Shown: positions 40,420 to 50,288 of the stretch, piece by piece | Numbering within the stretch: position 1 is the first letter of the stretch | Layout: each line of letters begins with the position of its first letter | Virus record (IMG/VR): IMGVR_UViG_3300042291_001013 | DNA length: 64,000 bases | Origin: a virus | Lineage: Duplodnaviria > Caudoviricetes | Reading direction: 5' to 3' (one strand) | Notes under the pieces: generated by a model | Told to the model about the DNA's origin: nothing | Database searches by the model: none | What the model saw: only the letters and a program-made list of their open reading frames with translations | Translations under genes and position numbers: made by a program

Positions 40420-41630
40420 TCTTCGATCTTTACAACATGATATTTAGGTTCGGCAACATGGTCACGGTAACGGTTGCCTGCGCGGTTATATTGCTCACCA
40501 TTTCCAGAAATGATATCAACAACCCGGTCAATACATCTGTTATTCCAATCACTAATGAGACCCATGTTGTGATGAGGTGCTCTAAGAAGGTTTTGTAGTT
40601 TGTGATAGGCATCGTCTATGCTCCATGGTACGTAAAGCCGATTAGGGTCATTTGCAAAAGTTTCAGGGAAACTGCGATAAGCAGGATATAGAACGTTGGC
40701 TCCGAGGGTATCTGCTTCACTGACAGTGTTTGAGACCCAATCTTGTAGAGCACAATTAAACAACACACGAGTATTGTTAAGGTGAGCATAGTATTCGTTC
40801 TTTGTGATGTTATCGTAGATTTTTAGTTTGCCTTCCGCCTCCATACGGCGGGCACGTTCAATATACTCTGGGTTATTGGATCGTAGAGGTCCGCCACTGT
40901 ATATTGCAAACTCACACGGCTCGCTGGTGAGCTCACTATACATTTCAATAAGATCCATGAAGAAGCCAGGTTGCTTTTCCTGATCAAAACGAGCCGCGAA
41001 GCCGACTCTACGGGCACGTTGAACAAAGGGCGTGATGTTTTCCACGCCACCGATCCGCTCCAGTACTTCTGATTTGCCAAATGCAAGACCGGAAATGTTG
41101 TAAATCGGAGCAGTCCATCCAGCAATGCGCATGTGCGCGACCATTTCCTCATTGGTTGCCAGTACTGCACCCCCCGAGAAAGCCACCATCTCATTGACCA
41201 TTTGTTCATACAGTCCCATCCACTTCTGTAGACCCCACACATGCACAAAGTCATCAGGGTCAATGGCCTGTGCCAAACAACGTACATAGATACGTGGACA
41301 TTGTTCACGGGGAATCTGGTTCATGATGTAACCAAGACTTTCAAAGCCCGGCTGAAACATGTCTTCAAAGTAGATCACATCTTGACTAGTTACGTCGCCG
41401 TTCTTCATCATCTGAACCAAGTTCATCATCTGGCTCATGGCAAAGTAACTGCGGCCATGTGCGTCTAGTACTTGGCCTACCGAGATAGCTTGTGTGTTGT
41501 CAATTGTGGTGCCAGGAACATACACAACATCTAGGCCTCGACGTTCAAACACCCGTCGATTCCACTCAGTTAGCTGTAGTGTGTAACGGGCTTCGTAACT
41601 TTCCAAGCCCATGTAGTATAGTTTTCTCAT
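40416..41630 (-). CDS. GT-B glycosyltransferase
   Basis: VGFAARFDQEKQP, ITKNEYY, QDWVSNTVSEA, YPAYRSFPE. Confidence 0.78.
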   Translation of the reverse strand: MRKLYYMGLESYEARYTLQLTEWNRRVFERRGLDVVYVPGTTIDNTQAISVGQVLDAHGRSYFAMSQMMNLVQMMKNGDVTSQDVIYFEDMFQPGFESLGYIMNQIPREQCPRIYVRCLAQAIDPDDFVHVWGLQKWMGLYEQMVNEMVAFSGGAVLATNEEMVAHMRIAGWTAPIYNISGLAFGKSEVLERIGGVENITPFVQRARRVGFAARFDQEKQPGFFMDLIEMYSELTSEPCEFAIYSGGPLRSNNPEYIERARRMEAEGKLKIYDNITKNEYYAHLNNTRVLFNCALQDWVSNTVSEADTLGANVLYPAYRSFPETFANDPNRLYVPWSIDDAYHKLQNLLRAPHHNMGLISDWNNRCIDRVVDIISGNGEQYNRAGNRYRDHVAEPKYHVVKIEE

Positions 41631-41851
41631 TAAAATCTACCCGCCAATCTGCGAGTATCTTCGTCCCACATGTTCTTGGCATTCTTGTTTTGTGAATATT
41701 TGTTATACTGTTGCCAAGCATAACTCTTGAAGTTGTACAAGTCAGCCTCGTTGTAACGATAACCGTAGTCTTGACAGAACTCTCGGTACTGCTCGAGATG
41801 CTCAAAGATCTCAGCCACACGGGGATTAGAGCGGAGTGTGGGTTTTCCCAT
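41630..41851 (-). CDS. Small conserved phage protein
   Basis: IFEHLEQYREFC..YGY.YNEADLY. Confidence 0.7.
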   Translation of the reverse strand: MGKPTLRSNPRVAEIFEHLEQYREFCQDYGYRYNEADLYNFKSYAWQQYNKYSQNKNAKNMWDEDTRRLAGRF

Positions 41852-41862
41852 TTTATTTTCCT

Positions 41863-42315
41863 TTAGATTTTAACTGACATACTAGGGTGAGAAATTTCAT
41901 ATTTGATCAAGGCACCGTTCTCACCATCTTCGGCAACCTCAATCCAGACTGCGCGGTCAGGATACCTTTCGGCAATCTGCAAGTACAGATCGTCTGAGAT
42001 CATTTCACAACTTTTAAAATCTAGTTGCAGGATGTCTCTGTTATATAGACCTTCCAACCAGCGTTTAAACTGAATAAATTCAATGTCTCGATCGTTGTGA
42101 AATACATCAATCCAAACACGGAAGTGAAAGATATGTCTATGTGCATTGGCTAGGAAGCTAACATCATACTCGCCTGCTGTGCATAGATTAGGATCTGTAG
42201 CGGCAGCAGGGTACTTGTGTATTCCTTCCTTGCGGAAAGTGACCCAGATTTTACGTTCTGCTCGGCTCATGATTCTCTCACGCTGTTCTGCTAGTGCTTG
42301 ATCTCGTTGATTCAT
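41863..42315 (-). CDS. QueD-like T-fold protein (candidate DpdL, CDG decarboxylase)
   Basis: LANAHRHIF (LxxxHRHxF), DRDIEF, SCEM, VAEDGENGA. Confidence 0.7.
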   Translation of the reverse strand: MNQRDQALAEQRERIMSRAERKIWVTFRKEGIHKYPAAATDPNLCTAGEYDVSFLANAHRHIFHFRVWIDVFHNDRDIEFIQFKRWLEGLYNRDILQLDFKSCEMISDDLYLQIAERYPDRAVWIEVAEDGENGALIKYEISHPSMSVKI

Positions 42316-42815
42316 AATTTTTGATCCTGTTTATAATCATCCCACGAAGTAAATGTTCTACGGCTCATTAAGCTATGTAGACTATGACACCAGACCCCAG
42401 GATTGGTTGCCGCAAAGTCTTTGTCATCTATTTTTAACATTGTATTATAATTCCACAGCTTTGTATACGGTACACTTACTCGAATTTGTGGAATAAAATT
42501 TTGATAGTCGCAAAGAGGACCATCGTTAAACTCTTCCACGTGCGTGATTGGGATATCCAAACTGCACAAGTGGCCGTCACGCAAGAATGGCTCGATCATG
42601 CTTTCCCAATGTTGCCATTCTGATCTGTCAACAGGATGAAAACTGTGGTTAGCACCAAAGAAAATGTGTTCACACTGTTCATTGGCTAGATGCTGTTTGA
42701 TTTCAGTATAAGATTGAACTCCAACTACAAACAGTGTCTTTTTACCAAATGCTGGTGTGCGTTCAACTTCAGTGCCTACAAAAAAGTTGACGTTGTCGTG
42801 ACCTTCGCGGTTCAT
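42312..42815 (-). CDS. Conserved hypothetical protein linked to the dpdA-like gene
   Basis: GTEVERTPAFGKKTLFV...HIFFGAN...KIDDKDF..TNPGVW. Confidence 0.7.
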   Translation of the reverse strand: MNREGHDNVNFFVGTEVERTPAFGKKTLFVVGVQSYTEIKQHLANEQCEHIFFGANHSFHPVDRSEWQHWESMIEPFLRDGHLCSLDIPITHVEEFNDGPLCDYQNFIPQIRVSVPYTKLWNYNTMLKIDDKDFAATNPGVWCHSLHSLMSRRTFTSWDDYKQDQKL

Positions 42816-44425
42816 TGTGTTGCTTCTAATTGATCAAGTTTATCGGTATCCAGATCCTCGGGTTCGGTCTCTGGCTCTTCAAAGCTAAACAATGCATTAA
42901 ATTGTGTACGTGCGTTCATGGTCTTCTTGCCTTTAAACCCACGTGTGCCCACAATCTGCATCCAGTAGCCACTGTACAATTGTATGATATCTTCGGCAGT
43001 TTGTCTATCCGGTGCGGCAAAAATAGCTTCCACAATGTCTTCAAAACGAGCATAGTCTCCCCCATCTCTGCGCATCATGGCCGGATGTTCTCCACGATCA
43101 AAACGCTGATTGGCTTCTTGTACCGCAGTTAGGTGCATCCAAACATTGTGTCCCATGAGCAGAGCATAGCTAAAACTATCCCAGGATGTTTTGCCCCACT
43201 TGCCGTTTTTGTTAACATCAGGCAACACATCATACAATGCAGGGTCTTGAAAGTTTGCTGGGGTAAGAGTAACGCCGGGTTTTGGAACGCCCGACTTGTA
43301 GATACAAATATCCTTCATGGTCAACATGTCACTTATAGGACTGTCAGTCCAGTTAGGATAGATACCGTCTGCAACAACGCCAGTGCTCCACTTGCGAGTG
43401 TCTGTGCTGTACTTTTTGTCATCGGCTGAAGGAGCCATACGATAACTCCACTTTGAATCATGTTCAAATACATTTTCGTAGTATACTTGTCCATTGGCTG
43501 TGGCAAGGAATGGGCTGGCACAATCAAAGGAAATAGTAAAAGCCGGGTTAACGTATTTTCTAACTGCCCTTTGAATCACGGTGAGTAGCACAGCCCATTC
43601 CAACTTTGATGTTCCCAAAAAGTGCATCCAGTCATGTTTGCCCTCTTGTAACAAATTATCGTAGCGCAAGGCAACTAGTCGGCGTAACACCAGGTGAACG
43701 TCGCACATGTTCTGACCACCCATGCTCCACCCATTGAAGTGAGTGTCTGGATACTTTACTGGGTCACAATATTCCTTCATGATCTCATACCATTCGTCTG
43801 CACTGGTATGATTGTCACCTTGCAGTACATTTAGAATCTTGGTGCCACCATTGGCAACACCTTTACGATGCTTCATGAAGTATTCGTTGTTGAACTTGGT
43901 GGCATCCACTGCTTCTTGCAGTGTGGAGATTTGACAGGCCTTGCTTGCTGTCTTGTCATGAATAACCCAAGTCGGAATATCCAGTGTCATGCAGTAATCA
44001 GAAACGTTGTCTAGCCAGTTAAGAACTAACTCACGTTTCTTTTGAGCCTTGGCACACCCCGAGTTGGCTCGCCAATCACCTTCCCACAAGCCCTTGGCAA
44101 TCTGGAAACCGCCTGAATCTCCCAAGAGAAACGTGCCTGGCTCACGGTTCCGTACCATGTCTTCTGACCAATCTTGTTTGTTAAGATCAAGATTAGCATG
44201 GCCCCCAGATGCAAGTGACCAACGATAAGGAAACAACGCCTTGTTGGAATTAAGCCAGTTAAGCTGTTCTATATCAGCAAGTCCCTGAGGGAATCGTGCT
44301 GGATCCACATAGTGTTCGTTCCTTTGCCGTCCCACAAATGTGGCATAGAATCCCGAGATGGCTGGAAGGAACACAGCGTAGTCTGATTGTTTGGCGGTGA
44401 GATTGTCTTGAGTTGGTTCTGTCAT
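42812..44425 (-). CDS. dpdA: TGT-fold 7-deazaguanine transglycosylase (DpdA-like)
   Basis: GDSGGFQ, MTLDIP, NVLQG, MGG, HFLG, SFDCASP catalytic motifs; clustered with folE/queD/queE. Confidence 0.85.
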   Translation of the reverse strand: MTEPTQDNLTAKQSDYAVFLPAISGFYATFVGRQRNEHYVDPARFPQGLADIEQLNWLNSNKALFPYRWSLASGGHANLDLNKQDWSEDMVRNREPGTFLLGDSGGFQIAKGLWEGDWRANSGCAKAQKKRELVLNWLDNVSDYCMTLDIPTWVIHDKTASKACQISTLQEAVDATKFNNEYFMKHRKGVANGGTKILNVLQGDNHTSADEWYEIMKEYCDPVKYPDTHFNGWSMGGQNMCDVHLVLRRLVALRYDNLLQEGKHDWMHFLGTSKLEWAVLLTVIQRAVRKYVNPAFTISFDCASPFLATANGQVYYENVFEHDSKWSYRMAPSADDKKYSTDTRKWSTGVVADGIYPNWTDSPISDMLTMKDICIYKSGVPKPGVTLTPANFQDPALYDVLPDVNKNGKWGKTSWDSFSYALLMGHNVWMHLTAVQEANQRFDRGEHPAMMRRDGGDYARFEDIVEAIFAAPDRQTAEDIIQLYSGYWMQIVGTRGFKGKKTMNARTQFNALFSFEEPETEPEDLDTDKLDQLEATQ

Positions 44426-44775
44426 GTTACTAAGTGCTGTGCTAATACCATACAGCTAATCCAAACCCATATAGTGTTAAATCCTACCAAGGTTGGTAAT
44501 AGTTTTTTCTCACTAGCCCAGATAAGTGTTAGGCTTGTTGCTAGAGTAAAGAAATATAACCACCAAAGGCTAATACCAAATATCAAACCAGGAATAATGA
44601 TAACAGCCTTGGCTGTCCAACTAGCAAACTCTACAGTATTGTAGTCAGTCCAGTATTCCTTTGTAAACCACATGCCATAGCATTCTTTAATCTTATCAAA
44701 CCCAATGTGGCGATATACAGCACCACACAGAACCAAGAACGCTAAACAAGCGGATAATATTTGTACGTTATTCAT
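44422..44775 (-). CDS. Small multi-pass membrane protein
   Basis: Several hydrophobic segments. Confidence 0.7.
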   Translation of the reverse strand: MNNVQILSACLAFLVLCGAVYRHIGFDKIKECYGMWFTKEYWTDYNTVEFASWTAKAVIIIPGLIFGISLWWLYFFTLATSLTLIWASEKKLLPTLVGFNTIWVWISCMVLAQHLVT

Positions 44776-45497
44776 TATTTAGATTGCGCCGGAAGGATGT
44801 AATTGTAAACAGCCAAGCCAGAATCCACAGTGATCTGTGCGGCACCGTCATCGCTGATGCGCACAACTTTGTCACCAGTCAAGTCCATGATGCTGACAAA
44901 CTGTTTGGCAGGCCATGACCATGTGCGCTTCAATGCACCATTCACTCCGGGATGGAACACAAAGTTACCTGAGTGCGTTGAATGGTCACCAAAGAAAAAT
45001 TTCAAGTCGCTGTTTTCAGTCTTGGCTTGAAAGTTGGGCTCTTCAGCGTTGGCGCTCATCTGCCACTTCAGTCGCTGAATAGCGGCATTGGTGGGTTCAA
45101 ATTCAATGTGCCAAGGCACAGCTCGCATCTTGGCAGTTTTCAACTTGTCATTCACAATGCCAGCTGACATAAAACGATAGTTGTTTTTGAAGTCGCCCAC
45201 TTTGTTTTCAAAGCTGATGCCGTCAGGATCACCACTTGATCCGCGTGTGATAGCAAGTGTGGCATTTTCTTTGTATTCTTGCAAGTTCAACAAAGTTTTA
45301 AGTTTGCTCAAGTTAGGCATACCAAATGTGCCAATAAAGTCTGCTACAGGGTTTTTAAATTCAGCCTGCACAACCACGCTGAGGTCTTCAGCTAAGCCGC
45401 TGACAGTGGTGGTATTTGTATCTCCAACAATTTTGATCAGGTCAATGCAACCAAGATCAAAAGTGTGTTCAACCAAGTCTAATAGATAATCTTTCAT
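44775..45497 (-). CDS. Sliding-clamp-like protein (gp45-like)
   Basis: 240 aa, FGMPNLSKL...YRF...YILPA; adjacent to DNA polymerase. Confidence 0.65.
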   Translation of the reverse strand: MKDYLLDLVEHTFDLGCIDLIKIVGDTNTTTVSGLAEDLSVVVQAEFKNPVADFIGTFGMPNLSKLKTLLNLQEYKENATLAITRGSSGDPDGISFENKVGDFKNNYRFMSAGIVNDKLKTAKMRAVPWHIEFEPTNAAIQRLKWQMSANAEEPNFQAKTENSDLKFFFGDHSTHSGNFVFHPGVNGALKRTWSWPAKQFVSIMDLTGDKVVRISDDGAAQITVDSGLAVYNYILPAQSK

Positions 45498-45528
45498 ACA
45501 GTTCTCCTAAGTGTGTAGTATAAGGGTT

Positions 45529-46473
45529 TTATTTGGTTTTTGCAACCAGTTTGGCTAATGCTTGCCCGCCTTTGAGGCTGGTAAGTTCGCCAGGCTTTCG
45601 AAATTCAATCCAACTGACATCGCCAGCGCCGTCATGTGAATAAACATATTCCCAACCAATTCGGTCAGCATGCTGTCTAATATAACGCTGTGGTGTGTAG
45701 CACATAAAAAATCTTTCACTTAGTCCAGCGCCTTGCTCTCGGTCAGCATTGTTGTAAGTAAAGATCACATGGCCGCCGGGTCTGCATTTTACAAACAGCT
45801 CATTGAGATAACGTTCAATAACAGACATAGGTTTGTAGTTGAAGAAGTTGTAGGCAAATACCAAGCCAAACGAGTTGTTGGGCAAGTCATCTAAAATGTT
45901 GGCTTCTCGACGATCATCAATGATATATTGTCTTAGGCGGCGTTGATACTCTGGCGTGAACTGTTGCACAGCAGGATCCAATAGCTCTTGATGATGATCC
46001 ACCACGTACAGTGGATCCAGTGGCACTAGTTCTTCAATGTAGTTTTCTCGGCCTGGCCTAAAAATCAATCCTGGATGGTGCCAGTCTGCTAGATTGCGCA
46101 AGTGACTGCGCAGAATCATGTTGCTGTCGGGATCAATACTTAGTCTACGATCCAGGATGTACTGATTGGTTTCAAACGGCATCTCATGATCAAAAATGCG
46201 CTGACTTTCTCTAAAGTATTCGCCTTCCATGTCTGCACGTTGATTGTACAGACGCTCGTGCAAGGTGTTTAGAGTGCGACCATAGACATCAATAGAGGCC
46301 AACACGTCTTGATAGTTACGCTCTAGTTCTTTGGCAGTAACTCCTATTTGTATAGGATGAGTGGTTACTCTTTCAAGCACAGCTTCAAGATTGCGCATGG
46401 CAGGGCGACACGCAACATCAGCTTTGATGCTGTCTAACAAATTTAAATATGCAACAATTTCACTTAACTTCAT
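45529..46473 (-). CDS. Class I SAM-dependent methyltransferase-like protein
   Basis: LIFRPG, LYVVD, LPNNSFGLVFAYNFFNY, RPGGHVIFTY. Confidence 0.7.
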   Translation of the reverse strand: MKLSEIVAYLNLLDSIKADVACRPAMRNLEAVLERVTTHPIQIGVTAKELERNYQDVLASIDVYGRTLNTLHERLYNQRADMEGEYFRESQRIFDHEMPFETNQYILDRRLSIDPDSNMILRSHLRNLADWHHPGLIFRPGRENYIEELVPLDPLYVVDHHQELLDPAVQQFTPEYQRRLRQYIIDDRREANILDDLPNNSFGLVFAYNFFNYKPMSVIERYLNELFVKCRPGGHVIFTYNNADREQGAGLSERFFMCYTPQRYIRQHADRIGWEYVYSHDGAGDVSWIEFRKPGELTSLKGGQALAKLVAKTK

Positions 46474-49130
46474 TCGAAACTAAACAGACTAGTAAATGTA
46501 TTTTCTGTGTTGGTTGCAGACGCAAGTTCCCAATCCAACACACCCAGCAAGTTGTCAATCTTTTGATCCACAACAGTTGCTTCCATCAAGCCATCATCAA
46601 ACGGCAATTCTGTAAACCACGCAGGCAGTCGTTGCTCATCAGTGGGGTATCCAATTGAAGTCCACCCAAGAGCGTTGCTTTTAAGTTTGCATACAATGGT
46701 TTTCATACCATCAACAATTTGCATACTGTAGTTGTCGCTGTTCATCTTGCGCATGTTATTCCAGTTGATTGCGGCTCGCACATGACCCGGCATGTTTGCT
46801 TTGCCCAGTCGTGTTTCTTCTGCCGCATACTTGGTCAAGTTGTTCACACGCTTGGGTGAACCTTTCTCCCAACCTGGCCGCTCCATAAACTCATACTTGA
46901 ATTCACGTATGCGTTCCACAATCTCATCTTTACCTGCACCAGCAAGTAGTTTATTTAGAATTTCCAACAAGAAGTCTTGAATTACTTTGGGAGTGTCACT
47001 GCGTTTTAGATCCAATCCTGTGGCCTTGGTCTTGCCAATTTTGCCTTCTACGTCCAGCCGCTTGCCTTCAATGTCAATGGCATTCACAGCATAACGCTTC
47101 TTGGTGATAAACAAACCACGATCTGCCACAGTCTCACGACCACACTTGATCAATGCGCCCATGTCTCGGGGGCAGTGAAAAGCCTGTTCCATGAAGCCAG
47201 GGAAACTTTCGTTGACTTGGTCAGCAAGGTTGTCATACAGTTGAATACAAGTTTCTTTCGACCAGGCCATCCTGCCTTCCTCAACTTCCTTCTTGAGTAC
47301 CGGCCAAGCGGAGAAATAACAAGAGTCTGTGTCCCCGTAAATGATTGCTTTACCCACATGGTCGTATTCGCCTGTAATAAGTTCATTGAGGTGGGCATCC
47401 ATGTGCCTGGCAATACTTCTACCAGTGAGCGTAGTGGACTGCCCAATACGCTTGTCAAAGAACCTACAGCCCGGGTTAAGAATAGCCCCGTAGAGACTGT
47501 TGAGGTTAATCTTTTTAACCAGTTGTCGCTTGTCCCAGAATGCAATTTCTTTAGCATCTTTTGCGTCCTTCTTCTTGGCTTGCAGTTCTTTACGTTCTTC
47601 ATACCAACGCTCTAGCAAGCCGGGAATGATACCCTTTTTCTCAAATGTAAGGATAGTACCATTGGCAGTGAGGATCCAAGGTTGGTTAGAGTCAAAGATA
47701 ATCGTCCAAATCTCGGCAGCTGAGTGTACTGACTCTTCGCCGTTCTCCCAGTCAATGGTAATCTCTGTGCCACGTTGTTGTTCCATCACAGCAGTGTATT
47801 CCAGGCTGGCAAAGATACCTTCCCATGCGCCTGCAAAACTCTGTCCCTTGGCCATGTTGGCTTTGATCAAATGATCTGTCATGGTCTGGCGCAGTTGTCC
47901 TACCACCGTCTCTGGTCCCATGTTCATGGCACGAATTGCTGATGGATACAGTGAGTTAATGTCAACTGATCCAATCCACTCATGCACACCCTTCTTGGGA
48001 TACGCAACATACGCACCAGCGGCCTGTGTGTCTTCGTCTGTAAGCCGTTGCTTGCGGTTGGGCACAACCATGCCACGTTCATGAGCTTCATTGATAATAG
48101 CTTGCTCAGTCACTGCCACAGCACCCATTGTGGTTTGTAGCAACACAGTATTGGCATGGGCAAGTTCGTTAGCAAGATCAAGAAACCGCAATTTTTTATC
48201 TAATCTTGCAATCAGCATTGTATCTTGACGGTTGTATTCAATAAACTTTTTAAAGTGTTGGTTATACAAAGCATCCAAGGTGCCTTCAAACTGTGTTTTG
48301 CGCTCGCCCAGTTCGTGTTCACCAATGGCATCCAGGCTATACGAGTGACGCTCCTCGTATGTGTACTTGCGATACAGTTGCATATAGTCCATATGCACAC
48401 GACCAATCAAGTCATAAGTTTCGTTTTCAGCACCAAAGCGTTCAAACACACGCTTCTTGGGCAACTGACCCCACAAGCAGAATTTACGTGTATCATCTTT
48501 GCTGAGTACCCGCACACATCTGTTGACAGTGTAGGGAATGTCATAGCCTTCAGAGTTCCAGCCTGTTAGAATGTCAGCGTCGTCAATTAGATCCAGGAAG
48601 GTCTTGATCATCTCTGATTCTTCAGTAAACAGGATTGTATTTTCAAAGTCCTTGACCAAGTCTTGCGCTGTTTCCCAACTCATGTGTGCTGGCGGCACTG
48701 CTAGTGTGACTATCTGATCCAACCAGTCTAGGTAGACTGAAATAGCAGTGATAGGATTGAACGGATCCGACACAGGACTAAATCCACGCTCCTTGTCAAA
48801 CGCCACCTCAATGTCAAAAAACGCTGTGTGTAGTTCAGGCGCATTTTGATCTTTGTAGTTTTCTTCAAGGCATCTAAATATGGGATTGATGTCGCTCTCA
48901 TAAAGTTGCTTGCCGCTTTGGATACGTACTTCTTTGCGGAACTCTTTGTTGTTGCGTGTACTAAATCTTGATACAGGTGTGCCGTAGATACTTTGGAATT
49001 TGCCACGAGCATCGTCGTAGTAAAAAATGTAATTTGCTGGATACTCTCGGTAGACTCTTACACCGTCTCGGCGTTCTACAGTATGAATGCGATCGTGTTC
49101 ACGATCAAAAAGTGCGTCAATATAACTCAT
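46470..49130 (-). CDS. Family B DNA polymerase (T4 gp43-like)
   Basis: FFDIE, GWNSEGYD, YNRQD exonuclease motifs; DINSLYPS, KINLNSLYG, YGDTDS, KKRY. Confidence 0.97.
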   Translation of the reverse strand: MSYIDALFDREHDRIHTVERRDGVRVYREYPANYIFYYDDARGKFQSIYGTPVSRFSTRNNKEFRKEVRIQSGKQLYESDINPIFRCLEENYKDQNAPELHTAFFDIEVAFDKERGFSPVSDPFNPITAISVYLDWLDQIVTLAVPPAHMSWETAQDLVKDFENTILFTEESEMIKTFLDLIDDADILTGWNSEGYDIPYTVNRCVRVLSKDDTRKFCLWGQLPKKRVFERFGAENETYDLIGRVHMDYMQLYRKYTYEERHSYSLDAIGEHELGERKTQFEGTLDALYNQHFKKFIEYNRQDTMLIARLDKKLRFLDLANELAHANTVLLQTTMGAVAVTEQAIINEAHERGMVVPNRKQRLTDEDTQAAGAYVAYPKKGVHEWIGSVDINSLYPSAIRAMNMGPETVVGQLRQTMTDHLIKANMAKGQSFAGAWEGIFASLEYTAVMEQQRGTEITIDWENGEESVHSAAEIWTIIFDSNQPWILTANGTILTFEKKGIIPGLLERWYEERKELQAKKKDAKDAKEIAFWDKRQLVKKINLNSLYGAILNPGCRFFDKRIGQSTTLTGRSIARHMDAHLNELITGEYDHVGKAIIYGDTDSCYFSAWPVLKKEVEEGRMAWSKETCIQLYDNLADQVNESFPGFMEQAFHCPRDMGALIKCGRETVADRGLFITKKRYAVNAIDIEGKRLDVEGKIGKTKATGLDLKRSDTPKVIQDFLLEILNKLLAGAGKDEIVERIREFKYEFMERPGWEKGSPKRVNNLTKYAAEETRLGKANMPGHVRAAINWNNMRKMNSDNYSMQIVDGMKTIVCKLKSNALGWTSIGYPTDEQRLPAWFTELPFDDGLMEATVVDQKIDNLLGVLDWELASATNTENTFTSLFSFE

Positions 49131-49190
49131 TGTTCTCCGTTTGTGGCCGGGTGGGCCTTGCTACATGCTCGTAATGTGAGCGACTCTTTG

Positions 49191-50288
49191 TTACTTATCA
49201 GTGTCAACAAAGTAATTGTTAATTTTGCCTTGGCGATTCAAATCATTGGTTATGCAGTGTATGCCAGCGTCCCAGAAGTATCGATGACGGAAATTAGAAA
49301 CATGTACTTCAATACCATGTCTGGCACAAGCCTGTTCGACTTGATCGTTGTGTGAACTTACCACAATGTTCTTTTGATCTATCACAAGTATGTTAACATC
49401 AAAAACAGTTTCGCTTGCGTTGCCGACCCAGGACTCAAAGTAGTGTTCTACTATATGCACAAGATCAGGATCTGATTCAAAGCCCGGAATGTTCCAACGT
49501 CCACGATTGTGCTTCATGCTGGATCTAAATTCAGCAGTGTCGGCATAGGTAGACGCTGGAAGATACACCACCTCCCAGTCAGGAAATGTATCCGAATAAG
49601 TAGGAACGTCACGTAAACTTATGATCAGACCCGGCGTCACTGGACAATAGGTGCTATCGCCGTGACCGCCGGCGTTGACAATTTTGTTGCGGGTATTGGG
49701 AAACTGTTGATTGATACGTGTCAACATCATGCTTTGATCTTCATCATAACTTTGTGTGGCAAAGTATAAGTCTTGTCCAATTCTGCTGACAAAACATCCA
49801 GACACCACATCAAGATCAGTGTATCGCACTTGATTGCCCTGATCATGAACGTCTTGAAAAATATTTTGATAACATGCCAATTTAGACCGATGCTGATCTA
49901 GGTCACGTGCCTGGAATGTAGCTAAGTCTAGCTCAGACTGATTGGAAAAAACCCGGTGTGCATGACTACTATTGGGACTTCTTGGAATCCACAACTGATC
50001 ATGAATCATAACAAAGTAATCCCTGGGTGTCACAGGTGGGGCATTCCAGCGTCCATGACATTTTAAACTATTGGAATCAGCAGGTATTTCGGGACGCAGG
50101 ACTTGAATGCCAAATTGCCCTTGTAATAATTGTATCAACGACTGAAAGTCTTGTTCAGTTTCATCTGCCAACTGTTCAAAATGCCGTCGTGTGTTGGCAT
50201 TTTGTATCCACGAATAGAATTCTGGAGGATAACTTTTGCCTACCACACATACTTGCAGTGGATCCCAATGCTGAAACACCGAATACAT
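49191..50288 (-). CDS. Amidinotransferase (glycine/inosamine-phosphate amidinotransferase family)
   Basis: WDPLQVCVVG, TPRD, GHGD, FDVN, GIHCIT. Confidence 0.85.
   Translation of the reverse strand: MYSVFQHWDPLQVCVVGKSYPPEFYSWIQNANTRRHFEQLADETEQDFQSLIQLLQGQFGIQVLRPEIPADSNSLKCHGRWNAPPVTPRDYFVMIHDQLWIPRSPNSSHAHRVFSNQSELDLATFQARDLDQHRSKLACYQNIFQDVHDQGNQVRYTDLDVVSGCFVSRIGQDLYFATQSYDEDQSMMLTRINQQFPNTRNKIVNAGGHGDSTYCPVTPGLIISLRDVPTYSDTFPDWEVVYLPASTYADTAEFRSSMKHNRGRWNIPGFESDPDLVHIVEHYFESWVGNASETVFDVNILVIDQKNIVVSSHNDQVEQACARHGIEVHVSNFRHRYFWDAGIHCITNDLNRQGKINNYFVDTDK

Noticed and set aside
46470-49130. Intron or intein in the DNA polymerase
   Set aside because: 886 aa with all motifs in normal order and spacing.
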